Positions 46,117-56,900 of a stretch of DNA of 64,000 bases are shown piece by piece. Below the pieces are notes generated by a model that was given only the letters and a program-made list of their open reading frames with translations, searched no databases and was not told where the DNA came from. How positions within the stretch are numbered: the stretch's first letter is position 1; the number at the start of each line of letters is the position of its first letter. Made by a program: the position numbers and the translations under genes. Where the stretch lies: positions 1 to 64,000 of IMG/VR virus record IMGVR_UViG_3300044712_002668. The stretch is one strand, 5' to 3'.

Positions 46117-46779
46117 ATGGCATTAGAATTAGTTCAACCAGGTATTCAATCACTTGGTCAGTTTGATGGTTATGATAACGTTTACTTAACTGTTAAGGGT
46201 GGAGAAGTTGCCACAATCGTACAAGCGGCTGTTAAGGGCGCTGATTTGGCATCTTGGGATGTAAACAATGACGGATATGTTTCTCCAGCTGGAAAGGGTC
46301 AGGCCCGTCCTGCTGCTACAACAAATCTTGTCAGCGGATCCCGTCCATTGTTCCTTGTTGATGACGGTATTGCTGGATATGGAACTCTCTTTGGTTCTGT
46401 TGTTGGTGGGATTGCTGGCCAGTTAACTACTGGACAGGTTCTTGGACCACACAGTGCCACAGGTTCTGGTAAACTCACACTCTGGGACAAACCAGGAACA
46501 TATGCAGTAACACTTGATGCAGTTGACACCACTGCAGGTACTGGCTTGATTCCAAGCAATACCACATTGCAGATTGGTGACAAGCTCTATGCAACCAGCG
46601 CAGGTCTTTTGACCCCAACACTCGGTTCTGCTTTCGAGAACGTTGTTATCGGACGTTTCCTTAATTTCGAGACCAATAAGGGTGGTGCTCTTGTCAACAC
46701 CCCAGTTACCTTGGCTACTACAACCCAGGTACAGCAAATGGCTCGTGCCCTCATTTACTTCGCTCCTCCAATTGCGTAA
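46117..46779 (+). CDS. Capsid decoration/cement protein, paralogue 3
   Basis: Directly upstream of the capsid gene, strong codon bias, LELVQPG and LQIGDKLYATSAGLLTP blocks. Confidence 0.6.
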   Translation: MALELVQPGIQSLGQFDGYDNVYLTVKGGEVATIVQAAVKGADLASWDVNNDGYVSPAGKGQARPAATTNLVSGSRPLFLVDDGIAGYGTLFGSVVGGIAGQLTTGQVLGPHSATGSGKLTLWDKPGTYAVTLDAVDTTAGTGLIPSNTTLQIGDKLYATSAGLLTPTLGSAFENVVIGRFLNFETNKGGALVNTPVTLATTTQVQQMARALIYFAPPIA

Positions 46780-46799
46780 TAATTGAGATATAAAGGTTT

Positions 46800-46822
46800 G
46801 GGGAGTGTTTTTGACACTCCCC
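46800..46822 (+). promoter_or_regulatory. GC-rich stem-loop without U tail between decoration and capsid genes
   Basis: GGGGAGTGT-TTTTG-ACACTCCCC. Confidence 0.5.
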
Positions 46823-46877
46823 GATCCACTAAAGCTGCTGATGGATTTTGGTAGCTTATTTACAGGAGGTTCTTAAT

Positions 46878-47888
46878 ATGAGTTTATTTAGTACACAAGG
46901 CGAAATGAACGCCACTAGTTTGAAGGATGCTTTGCAGACACTTGTAAAGTATGCAGCGATTCTTGAGGAAGGTCAGCCAAGCAATATGCAGCTTGCTGGT
47001 CGTCCAAGTCTCGATGATGGAAAGCGTGATGAGCTTATTGCTCGCGCTATCATGACCCAGGAGGGCAAACTTGCTCTTGCCCAGGCCATGGCGAACCCAA
47101 TTCGCCGCAACTTGGACTACCAAGGTATTGCACGTCGTCTCTTGGTTGTTGACCCTCTTCCACAGGGTGTCAACCCAACCTATGAGCGTGATATTGACGT
47201 AGCCGCTACCGTTATTTCAAGCAACGGTACCGGTGGTGAGAGCCGTGTATTCGGTGATCGTATCACCGTTCCAACATTCGAGCTTTACTCCAACCCAACC
47301 GTTCGTATCTCCGAGGTTCGTCGTCGTAGATTCAACGTCATTGACCGTGCTGTTCAAAAGGCACGTCAGGAGCTTATGGCCCAGGAAGATGCAAACATCT
47401 TCGCAGCCATTGACTCTGCGGCTACAGTAGAGAACGTTGCACAGGATATTGCTGACAGCGGCTTGCTCAAGCGTGACCTTGTTGAAATCAAGGCCCAGAT
47501 TGATCGCTGGGACTTGGTAACAACCAAGTTCTTCATGAACATCAACGAGTTTACTGACATCTTGAACTGGGCATCCGGTGGTGGCCAGGGTCCAGGTGGT
47601 GGTGAAGTTGATCCAGTTACACAGCGTGAAATTCTCCAGACCGGCCTCTATGCCCACATCTGGGGCGCTGACATCATGGTTTCCAAGATTGTTCCACCAG
47701 GAACCGTTTACGGAGCCGCAGACCCAGAGTTCGTTGGTGTTATGCCAATCCGTCAGGACATTGAAGTTCTCCCAGCCGACGAGCCAAAGCAATTGAAGCT
47801 CGGATGGGTTGTTTCTGAGGAGATCGGTATCGGTATCGTCAACCCACGTGGTGTTGCCGTTTCTCGTAAGTCAACTCTCCCAGGATAA
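46878..47888 (+). CDS. Major capsid protein (HK97-like fold)
   Basis: AGGAGG RBS, strongest codon bias in window, LAQAMANPIRRNLDYQGIARRLLVVDPLPQG and VPTFELYSNP..ISEV blocks, strong terminator after it. Confidence 0.85.
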   Translation: MSLFSTQGEMNATSLKDALQTLVKYAAILEEGQPSNMQLAGRPSLDDGKRDELIARAIMTQEGKLALAQAMANPIRRNLDYQGIARRLLVVDPLPQGVNPTYERDIDVAATVISSNGTGGESRVFGDRITVPTFELYSNPTVRISEVRRRRFNVIDRAVQKARQELMAQEDANIFAAIDSAATVENVAQDIADSGLLKRDLVEIKAQIDRWDLVTTKFFMNINEFTDILNWASGGGQGPGGGEVDPVTQREILQTGLYAHIWGADIMVSKIVPPGTVYGAADPEFVGVMPIRQDIEVLPADEPKQLKLGWVVSEEIGIGIVNPRGVAVSRKSTLPG

Positions 47889-47911
47889 TTAGTCCAGTAG
47901 AGTCGTAACAG

Positions 47912-47943
47912 GAGGCGGGATTTAGGTCCCGCCTCTTTTTTTT
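47912..47943 (+). terminator. Intrinsic terminator after capsid gene
   Basis: GAGGCGGGAT-TTAG-GTCCCGCCTC followed by T8. Confidence 0.9.
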
Positions 47944-47995
47944 GCTAAACCCCTGACGCTCTTCTTTTCGGAAGGGCATTTTTTTGTATAGAAAC

Positions 47996-48778
47996 ATGTT
48001 ACCATTAGAAGCAAAAATAAGGCTAATAGCGCGTGTGGTGGATGATTTCACAGAGTTTGCTGCATCAAATAATACACCGCCATCTAATTTTACATATAAA
48101 ATCAATAGCGCCGATGAAGGTTCTGATATTCATCGTCAAGCTCGTTTGGCTGCTTATGCCTCTTTTGAAAAACCTTTAATAAAAAATGCTTTTGATACCA
48201 GGCGTATAAATCAAGAAACAGATCGTAACCCAAGAACCAATCTTCAATATTGGCACCGTACCGATCCTTTCATTGATGATACTGATAAATCAAAGTTGAA
48301 TACTTTTGCTAAACTATTCAATATGCTTGATAATACCAAAAAGAAACTTGGTACTCAACCAGAATGGTTTGAAAGCTATACTCGCCAATTACATGATAAT
48401 GTACACAGAATTTTACGAGTCAAACAAGCGGATCTTGATATATTCAGACCTCAATTATCATACTTGGAACAGTTGATATATGCACGTTATAGATTATCAA
48501 TGGAAGATATTGAAAAGCTATCTGAAGATGAGCTTAGAGATAAAATCCTTGCCAAAGATGAGGGTTTGATAGGAAGAAATAATTATCTTAAAGAGACTAC
48601 AGGTACAGATGAAAACAATTCAAATTCTTTAAAAATAACCAAAGATGGATTGACCAAAACAACTCAGGAATCTATAATAAATGCAATCTTTGGTGCTGAT
48701 GGCAGTTTTAGGAAAGATGGTGAAAAAAATGTTGAGCGTACTATAACCATCACTATAAGAGATAACGTAATTGACTAA
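47996..48778 (+). CDS. Hypothetical protein
   Basis: ~260-aa ORF after capsid terminator; start 47984 or 47996. Confidence 0.7.
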   Translation: MLPLEAKIRLIARVVDDFTEFAASNNTPPSNFTYKINSADEGSDIHRQARLAAYASFEKPLIKNAFDTRRINQETDRNPRTNLQYWHRTDPFIDDTDKSKLNTFAKLFNMLDNTKKKLGTQPEWFESYTRQLHDNVHRILRVKQADLDIFRPQLSYLEQLIYARYRLSMEDIEKLSEDELRDKILAKDEGLIGRNNYLKETTGTDENNSNSLKITKDGLTKTTQESIINAIFGADGSFRKDGEKNVERTITITIRDNVID

Positions 48779-48786
48779 GGAAAATA

Positions 48787-49401
48787 ATGCCTCCTGTTGG
48801 GTTTGAAACATGGTATCCAAAACATTGTCATACTGTTTTTACAGTACGTAATATATGTACTGATAACAGATTGATACATGTATTCCATTATCCTATACCA
48901 CCAGGTAAACAAAGGGATTTGATGGAGATTCCTTATGTATCAGAAGCAGATATCAGACACTCTTTATTGAAGGGTGAACTATATATCAAACTTATTTGTA
49001 GGGATATAAGAGTTGTTGATAGCACTATAGATCTTATACAGTTCGATGCTTGTCATAAGAACTTCTTGCAAGAAGCCGGTATTACAATTGGATTGGATGC
49101 AGGTGGTGGCGGTGGTGGACAAGTTGATTATTTATTCCGTCAAAATGTACAGTTAATTGGTCCTAAGAATGATGCTAATAGAGTTTTTATGACTCCATTC
49201 GGGGAAAAGTTTATAAATGATACGTTTGAAGATAATGATTTTCGTATAATAGTAGAGCATAATGGAAGAAGGTTAATAGAAGATATTGATTATACTGTAT
49301 TAGAATCCATGCCAGGTTTGGGATATGATATGGTACGATTTGATTCTTTTGTACCTAATAAACGTAGTCAGATTATAGCGGATTATGTAATAAAAAGGTG
49401 A
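48787..49401 (+). CDS. Putative virion structural protein
   Basis: 204 aa; C-terminal beta domain VEHNGRRL..DYTV. Confidence 0.6.
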   Translation: MPPVGFETWYPKHCHTVFTVRNICTDNRLIHVFHYPIPPGKQRDLMEIPYVSEADIRHSLLKGELYIKLICRDIRVVDSTIDLIQFDACHKNFLQEAGITIGLDAGGGGGGQVDYLFRQNVQLIGPKNDANRVFMTPFGEKFINDTFEDNDFRIIVEHNGRRLIEDIDYTVLESMPGLGYDMVRFDSFVPNKRSQIIADYVIKR

Positions 49402-49404
49402 TAA

Positions 49405-50892
49405 ATGGCTTCCAGATATAATGCATTAGACCAAGAGTTAGATATTGCGGGTTCACAAACACAATTGGCAACAATGACCTTGGCTGATGAGCCTAGTTTA
49501 CTTGGAAGCCCAGTGGTTGGTCAAACAGGAGCTGTAGGAACTATTACAGCAGCCTCTGGTGGTGTTACAACTCTTGGTGGTTTGACAGGTATGACTGTCA
49601 ATTCTGTTGGTAGGTTTATCACTATAACAGGTGCGGCAAATGCTAATAATAATGGAACTTTTCTTATTATTACATACAACTCAGCTACATCTGTAGATAT
49701 TGCAAATGCAACAGGTGTATTTCCTGATGCAAATAGCGGAACTCTTGGATGGACAGAAAGAGCTCCATATTCATTGCTTGATGATTTGAATTATGAGAGA
49801 ACAGATCGTCAAGCTATCAAGGGTGTTCCATATTATGATCCAATTCCAACATATACCCGCCCTACAGCGACAACAACACCGGTTCCAGCCAATTTATCAA
49901 ATATTGCTGGTAAAACTACCGATGCACAGGCGGTTGTAACAAATAGAAAATATGAAGATGCCAGTGTTAATCTTGGTGATGGTTATGTAATTTTGACAGC
50001 TACAGGTCAATTACAACATGCTGGTACAATTGATAGAACCGGAGTACCAATATGGAGCGGTGCTGATAATGGAAATTGGGAAGCAACTTATTGTGAACTT
50101 GCTTCTGAACTTGAAAGAGAGCTTGTAGTAGTAGGTGGTCCATATGATGGCTATCGTATTTTTGGACGTGCAACGGGAGGATATTCTACATCTCCTGATA
50201 CCGTAGAGGTAGATTTCTTCTGTGTGCAGCGTGGTGCTCCAATAGGTACAGCAGTTCCATATGTTTGGGATGGATATCAACCAACACAGATTGATATTTA
50301 TTATCCATATAGAGTTCGTTTGGATCAAATGCCAGAAACAGCGATGCGTGTTTTGTTGGTAAATGGTTTAGTTAGCGATTCTTTTACACAAGAAATTGAC
50401 CAGATTCTTTCTACTATTGGAACAACTCCTGGTGATACCAGTTTGGCTGGCCTTCTCACCAATCTTACTGCTTATTATCCGTTCTATAATCTTCCAAATG
50501 CAACACCAACAGTTGTTGATGCGTTGAATACTTTGAATGAACAAATTGGAAACCGTGATTATACTGGTCCAATTCTTACAGATGGTTACACAATAACACA
50601 ATCTTTACAACAGTTGGCAAATGCTATTTCAGGTGCAACTTCTCAAAGATATATTGAAAGATTGGGATCTGCAGTAGCAGCAAATACTGCTCATACTCTT
50701 CCAGGTGGTTTGTCATACACTCCAGATGGAACAAATAATGGAAAGAATATGTGGGTATTTACTAGAGGATTGTTGAGAGATCCAGGCCCTGCAAGTGGTG
50801 GTAATGATTATGCTGAAACCAGTTCTACACAAATCACTTTCTATTCAAGATTGAATACAGGGGATCATATAAATTATATCGTATATCTTTGA
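49405..50892 (+). CDS. Putative virion surface/fibre protein
   Basis: 495 aa, Thr/Gly rich; C-terminal VFTRGLL..NDYAE..ITF domain related to that of 48787. Confidence 0.6.
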   Translation: MASRYNALDQELDIAGSQTQLATMTLADEPSLLGSPVVGQTGAVGTITAASGGVTTLGGLTGMTVNSVGRFITITGAANANNNGTFLIITYNSATSVDIANATGVFPDANSGTLGWTERAPYSLLDDLNYERTDRQAIKGVPYYDPIPTYTRPTATTTPVPANLSNIAGKTTDAQAVVTNRKYEDASVNLGDGYVILTATGQLQHAGTIDRTGVPIWSGADNGNWEATYCELASELERELVVVGGPYDGYRIFGRATGGYSTSPDTVEVDFFCVQRGAPIGTAVPYVWDGYQPTQIDIYYPYRVRLDQMPETAMRVLLVNGLVSDSFTQEIDQILSTIGTTPGDTSLAGLLTNLTAYYPFYNLPNATPTVVDALNTLNEQIGNRDYTGPILTDGYTITQSLQQLANAISGATSQRYIERLGSAVAANTAHTLPGGLSYTPDGTNNGKNMWVFTRGLLRDPGPASGGNDYAETSSTQITFYSRLNTGDHINYIVYL

Positions 50893-50905
50893 TATATAGT
50901 GATTT

Positions 50906-51112
50906 GTGCAAAAGACAGATATAACATTCAAGGAAATAACTCCTCCAATTGGTTTATGGTGTGATTCTGGCCATAAAGCTCCGGAGGAGTTTCAACATAA
51001 ACCAATAAGATTTTTCAGTATATCTGGAAAAGTTACGGGTGTATTTTGTGAATGTTGTGTTATAGTTGCAAATTATGTATCTGATCAAAAAAGGAAGTTA
51101 AATGGGATATAA
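50906..51112 (+). CDS. Small Cys/His-containing protein
   Basis: CDSGH...CECC; GTG start. Confidence 0.5.
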   Translation: MQKTDITFKEITPPIGLWCDSGHKAPEEFQHKPIRFFSISGKVTGVFCECCVIVANYVSDQKRKLNGI

Positions 51113-51461
51113 TGAAGACTTGATAAATGTAAGAAAGAGGGTTCTTGATTTATTGGAAAGAGGAGCTGTTACTCCAACAAATAAAGATTTTTTTGAATCA
51201 ACATTGATTCAAATAATGAATGATGCTGAAAGAAACAGGCAAACTTGCATGACAAGTGCTGAAAATCTTAAAAGGCAAGTAAACGTATTAGAAGGACAAG
51301 CTTCTGGTTTTGCTTCTGTAAGCAGTTTGATTCTTGGTGTTTTGAATGGTTTTGTAACCATTCATGATAAGAATGAACAAGAAATAAAAGAACTAAATAA
51401 AGTAAAAGAACAAGACACTCAAGAAGAAGAATCTAAAAAATCAAAACCACGTAAAAAATAA
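51102..51461 (+). CDS. Hypothetical coiled-coil protein
   Basis: 119 aa. Confidence 0.65.
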   Translation: MGYNEDLINVRKRVLDLLERGAVTPTNKDFFESTLIQIMNDAERNRQTCMTSAENLKRQVNVLEGQASGFASVSSLILGVLNGFVTIHDKNEQEIKELNKVKEQDTQEEESKKSKPRKK

Positions 51462-51507
51462 GATTAAACCTGTATTAAGGTATAACCGGTTCTAAAGGCT
51501 ATACCTG

Positions 51508-52626
51508 ATGTCTCAGCTTAATTTAATCCGAAAAGAAGATATTCTGGATTCAGATTTCTTTGATGCTTATGAACTATCTTCCGATGGTTATGAGGTATAT
51601 TTTTCGGGAGCAACCGTTTTATCCACCTCTTCAATAAGTAAAACTGTTGTTGTTTCCGGAATTACACAAACAAATCGTGATAATAACGTAGAAGTAGGCG
51701 ATAGGGTATATCTGTATGGTACTTCTGGTGCTGATGGGTATTACACTATCGCTTCTATTTTAAATGATTATTCTTTTACTACCTTAGAGAATATAGTAAG
51801 TTCTACTGGTGGTAAATGTGATTATATTTATCATTCTGGTGCTTTGAATATTGGTTTTGATCCTACAAGAACCAATAATATTACAGCTCATAATGTTCAA
51901 GATGCCATTGATCAGTTAGATCAAGTAGTTACCAATTGTTGTGCAGGTAAGGGTAATCTTGATGGGTATAAACATGCTGAATTAAGGCAGTTAATTCATT
52001 TGGCAGACGGTATTGGCGGGCCTTTTGAAGGTTTCATTACCGGGGCTTATAGAGAGCTTACAGGTTCCATGATATTTCCAACAACTGTTACCTGGTATGT
52101 TGATTCCGGGAAAACGAAAAAAATTGTTGAAAAGTTTATAACATACGATGCTTTTTTGGCTGTATCTCAAATAACCTGGAATGTATATTTCAATGACGGT
52201 ATAAATGTTGCAGCTACTGCTACAGATATTATTACAAACTCTGGTCCATTTGAAATATCCAGAATAAGAAATATCACAGATTACAGTGTAACCAGCGGAG
52301 CGTTAACAGAAGAAACTCATAAGAGTCTAAGACAGCTTATACATCTGTCAGATGGTGTCGGTGGTCCTTTTGAGACATTTCCAAATGGTGTTTATAGAGA
52401 AATTAATCCAGTGGGTCCATTTCCAACTTCTATTATATGGTATATGGATGCTACCAAGACAAGTAAAATCGTTGAGAAGTTCATTACTTATAATGGTTAT
52501 AAAATGCCTACTCAAGTTTTACGAAACGTTTATGATACAAACGGGGTTACAATTTTGGCAACGGTTATTGATACCATGACATACAGTGGTGCTTTTGAAA
52601 TAAATAGAACAAGAGCAATCATGTAA
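51508..52626 (+). CDS. Putative virion protein with duplicated C-terminal domain
   Basis: Two copies of H..LRQLIHL.DG.GGPFE.F..G.YRE...FPT...WY.D..KT.KIVEKFITY. Confidence 0.7.
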   Translation: MSQLNLIRKEDILDSDFFDAYELSSDGYEVYFSGATVLSTSSISKTVVVSGITQTNRDNNVEVGDRVYLYGTSGADGYYTIASILNDYSFTTLENIVSSTGGKCDYIYHSGALNIGFDPTRTNNITAHNVQDAIDQLDQVVTNCCAGKGNLDGYKHAELRQLIHLADGIGGPFEGFITGAYRELTGSMIFPTTVTWYVDSGKTKKIVEKFITYDAFLAVSQITWNVYFNDGINVAATATDIITNSGPFEISRIRNITDYSVTSGALTEETHKSLRQLIHLSDGVGGPFETFPNGVYREINPVGPFPTSIIWYMDATKTSKIVEKFITYNGYKMPTQVLRNVYDTNGVTILATVIDTMTYSGAFEINRTRAIM

Positions 52627-52666
52627 ATAACGAATATTTAAGTATAAAAAGAGATAAGGAGAAATC

Positions 52667-53914
52667 ATGTCAGCAGAATCACCAGCATCAATTTTGTTTT
52701 CATCGGATGGTATTGAATTAGCCGTTCAAAATGGAGTATCAACTCCGGCTAATACTCGTGGTATCATAGCAACAGGACAAAGCGCAGACGGTTACTCAAG
52801 ATTTATTAAATTAGATACTTTGGGTAATGTTATTGTAGCTGGTTCTGGTACAGCAGGATCTCCAGCCGGTGGAGTTTTGACGATTCAAGGTTCTCCAACA
52901 GGAACTCCTATTCCAATTAGCGGTAGTATTACAGCTACATCAAGTGGTAATGCTACTCCCTCAGATGGTTATGCCAACCCAAGCAATGCATCCCTTGAAT
53001 TTAGTTTATTGGCTGGTTTTAACGGTACAACTTGGGATAGGTTGAGAACCGGAACTACTAATGCTGATGCTGTAGCTAACTTGACTCTGGGTGCATTACA
53101 GACAGGTAGTTATTTATATGGTTATAATGGTGCAACATGGGATAGATTACGTTCATCCACTGCTAATGGTTTGGTGGTTGATGTTACTCGTATTCAAACT
53201 GCTGTTACTGCAAACCAGGGAACTTCAAACACTTTAGCTAATGCTTGGGCAACCAAGATTACAGATACTACAAATGGCCCTGTAGCTGTCAAAGCCGCTT
53301 CTACTGCAGCTATAGCCACTGATCCTGCTTTGGTAGTTGCTATTTCTCCAAATAACTCTGTAACAACCGTTGGTGGTACAACCCCAGCTGATGCTTTTGC
53401 AAACCCAACCACTGCTCAAACAGATTTCAGTTTACAAGCTGGTTTTAACGGTACTACCTGGGACAGGCTCAGAACACAGGGAAGCAATGCTGACGCTATC
53501 TCTGTATTGACACTTGGTGTACAGACCACGGCTGGATATTTATATGGTTTCAACGGAACTACATGGGATAGATTACGTTCATCTACAACCAATGGTCTTG
53601 TTGTTGATGTAAGCCGTGTACAAGGTGTTGTATCCCCTCCGGTTTCAGCCACATCAACTTTATCAAACGTTGCTGCTTCTGCTTCAAACGTTACATTATT
53701 AGCCGCCAACTCTGCTCGTTTAGGAGCTACAATATATAATGACTCAAACAATGTTTTGTATGTCAAGTTGGGAACAACAGCTTCTACTACTAGCTTTACA
53801 ATTAGATTGTTAAGTCAGTCTTATTGGGAGGTTCCATTCAATTACACAGGAAGAATTGATGGAATTTGGAACGGATCTAACGGATCGGCTAGAATGGATG
53901 AATTGACTGCATAA
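52667..53914 (+). CDS. Repeat-rich fibre/spike protein (short form)
   Basis: Four (F/Y)NG(T/A)TWDR units; N- and C-terminal domains shared with 53961. Confidence 0.7.
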   Translation: MSAESPASILFSSDGIELAVQNGVSTPANTRGIIATGQSADGYSRFIKLDTLGNVIVAGSGTAGSPAGGVLTIQGSPTGTPIPISGSITATSSGNATPSDGYANPSNASLEFSLLAGFNGTTWDRLRTGTTNADAVANLTLGALQTGSYLYGYNGATWDRLRSSTANGLVVDVTRIQTAVTANQGTSNTLANAWATKITDTTNGPVAVKAASTAAIATDPALVVAISPNNSVTTVGGTTPADAFANPTTAQTDFSLQAGFNGTTWDRLRTQGSNADAISVLTLGVQTTAGYLYGFNGTTWDRLRSSTTNGLVVDVSRVQGVVSPPVSATSTLSNVAASASNVTLLAANSARLGATIYNDSNNVLYVKLGTTASTTSFTIRLLSQSYWEVPFNYTGRIDGIWNGSNGSARMDELTA

Positions 53915-56900
53915 TTTGGCTTGATATATAGTAAGTTGAGAGTCAGAATATAGGATTTTCATGAGTGGAACATCACCAGCTGTAACTTTATTTAATTCAG
54001 AAGGAACCGAGTTAGCCGTTAAAAGTGGAGATACGATATCTTTAAATTCTCCAGCGTTAATTTTAGCTGGAAAAACCACTGATGGATATGCTTATCCTGT
54101 TTCTGTGGATGGGTATGGACGGCAAGTTATTGTTAGCGATCCTTCTAGTCCATTAGCTATTAGTGGAAACATTACTGCAACAAACCCTTCGGTTGGTACT
54201 AACGATGCAACCGCTCCAACCAGCTCTACACAAATTGCTGGCGTAAATATTGATGGTTATTTAACTGCTGTACAAGTAAGTCGTGAAGGCCACGTAGCAA
54301 TAGCTGGAAATACTTTACAAGGGTATGCTGGTGAGGTTGTTGGTTGGACTACTACTACACACCAATCATTGACAGTTGATGGTATTGGAGCTTTATATAC
54401 TCGTGGTCAGGTGATGACCGATGAAGGATCTTTTACTGATGATTTCCAGGGTTCAGGATTTACTACTAACTTAACTGGTACATTGGAGTTTACCAATGGT
54501 TCAGATCAGGTTGTTGGTACTGGAACTCTATTTTTGACAGAGTTGGATTATTATACTGTCATTAAAAAAAGCACTGATGCTGATACATTGTTTATACAGG
54601 TTTCATCTGTTGAGGATGATACACATTTAACTTTACTTACTCCATATCAAGGAACATCTCAGTCTGGACAGACTGGTGTTAAATCAAAATGGATTACAGC
54701 AGTTGGTACTGGCGGATCAATTTCTGTTGGTAGTTCACTTGTAACAATTGCTGCTGGTACAACCAGCGGTTCTATCACTGGATTCTGGACTGTTCCCGAT
54801 TACATCCCGTTCTTGGGAGCGTTAAAGGTTTCTGTAGATAATAGGCGTTCAAATCAGAATATCTACATTGGATGGTTTGACGTAGCTCAGAATGCTCAAC
54901 CAAACCTTTTGGCAGCATTTTTATTGGATGGAACAACCAATACAGCGGCAAAATGTGTATCTGGTACGTCTACTGCTGCTGCAGATACTCAAACAACAAG
55001 CATTACAATACCAAACGGCGCTAACAGTACAGCATCAAACATATATCGTGTAGCTCCTTGGCAAGGCCAGGTTGCATTTTATATCAATGATTCTCTAGTT
55101 GCAGTAAATACACAACATATTGTTCCACCATATGCTGATATAAGGTTTGGTGTATATGTTGTAAATACCGGAATTCCTGCAGGCGCTACCAGCATTGTTA
55201 CTGATTCGGCAATTTACGAAAGCATTGACAGATTTGATGTTCGTTGCTATAATACGAACGCTGATTTGTTACAGGTTACAGCTAATGGTCGTACCACCAC
55301 AGGTGTTCCTGTTCCCCTTCAGGTTAGCTCTGCTGGTATTGCAGTAGTATCTGGTGCTGTGACGCTATCTGGTACCGCAAATACTATACGTGGCAACGTT
55401 ACACAATATACTGCTGATGGTACGGCTGCTGCTGCTAACTCACTACCAGTGATTGCGCAGATGCTCGCAAAGAAGGAAGGTGCCAATACTCTTGACCGTT
55501 TAGTAGCTGGTCCAACCAATGCTGATGGTGAGGCTGTAGAAACTGTAGGCGCTCTTGTAACCAAATCCAGACTTTATGGGTTCAATGGTACAACGTGGGA
55601 TCGTTTAGACAGTTCTACTGCTAATGGTCTTATAGTTGATGTTAGTCGTGTTCAGGGAACTGTAACAGTTGGCGGTATCAACGCCAATGGTGGTGGTATA
55701 ACCGGAAACCCGGTTCGTATTGGAGGCTCATCTGGAGCTGCTACTTATGATATCAAGTGTGATACCAGCGGTAACCTTTATATGCAAGGCATGGGTACTG
55801 CTGGAGCTGCCTCTGGTGGAGTGCTTACCATTCAGGGCGATCCCAGTGGTACTCCAATACCTATCAGCGGATCAATTACTGCTACAAATCCGTCAGTTTC
55901 TATTGTAAACACAACACCTCCTGGTTCAGCCACTTATATTGGTGCCAAAGCCAATACAAACGCTCCAACAATGACTGATGGGTATATAGCTCCGTTGTCA
56001 TTGACAACTGGTGGAAGGTTGAGAGTTGAATCTCAATTCTTGAACGTTGTTGATTCTGGAAACTCTACTACAACTCCTCTTGGTGCGGGTGCTACATTTA
56101 CTGGAACAGCGGTAGATTTATTATCATATGCTAGCATTACATATTCTGTATTTACAGACCAGGATAGTGCTGCAAATGGAGTTGTATGTCAGTTCAGTCC
56201 TGATAATGTAAACTGGGATGACCGTATAACTAATAGTAAAACTGCAGACGGAACAGTTAGCGATTTTTCGGCTCGTCCACATGATAGGTATTTCAGAATC
56301 AAGTATACCAACGGAGCTACACCTCAAACTACATTCCGTTTTTATACTATCTTGAAGCGTATCATGCCGGCTGGTGATACTACAGGAGTTGATCATCCAC
56401 CACATTCTGGTGATGATGCTCTTCTGGTAAAAGCTGTCATGTCTGGTAAATCCACTGGTGGTGGCGGTTCATATGTTGACGTGAAAGTGAATCCATCTGG
56501 GACAATCCAGATTGGAGGTGGAGATACGCCTGCCGAAGGTCATGCAAACCCAACAGACGCGCAGCTTTCAACGGCGTTTAATATGGGCTGGAACGGTACG
56601 ACATGGGACCGTATTCAAACTCACGGAAATGATGTTGATGCTGATACCGTTGAAAGCACAGGATCACTAGCTGTTTGCTCACACAATATGGTTTTCAATG
56701 GTACAACATGGGATCGTATACGTGGAACTATTGCAAACGGACAGCTCGTTGATGTCTCTAGGGTGCAGGGAAATGTCACGGTTACTCAAGCAACAGCTTC
56801 TAATTTGAATGCTGCTGTTGTTGGTACTGGTGTGGCTGGTACACCTGCGGGTGGAGTTCTTACTGTCCAAGGATCTCCAACTGGAACTCCAATACCAATT

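Noticed and set aside
51478-51506. Imperfect inverted repeat AGGTATAACC/GGCTATACCT before ORF 51508
   Set aside because: Weak AT-rich stem with a mismatch and no U tail; function cannot be supported.
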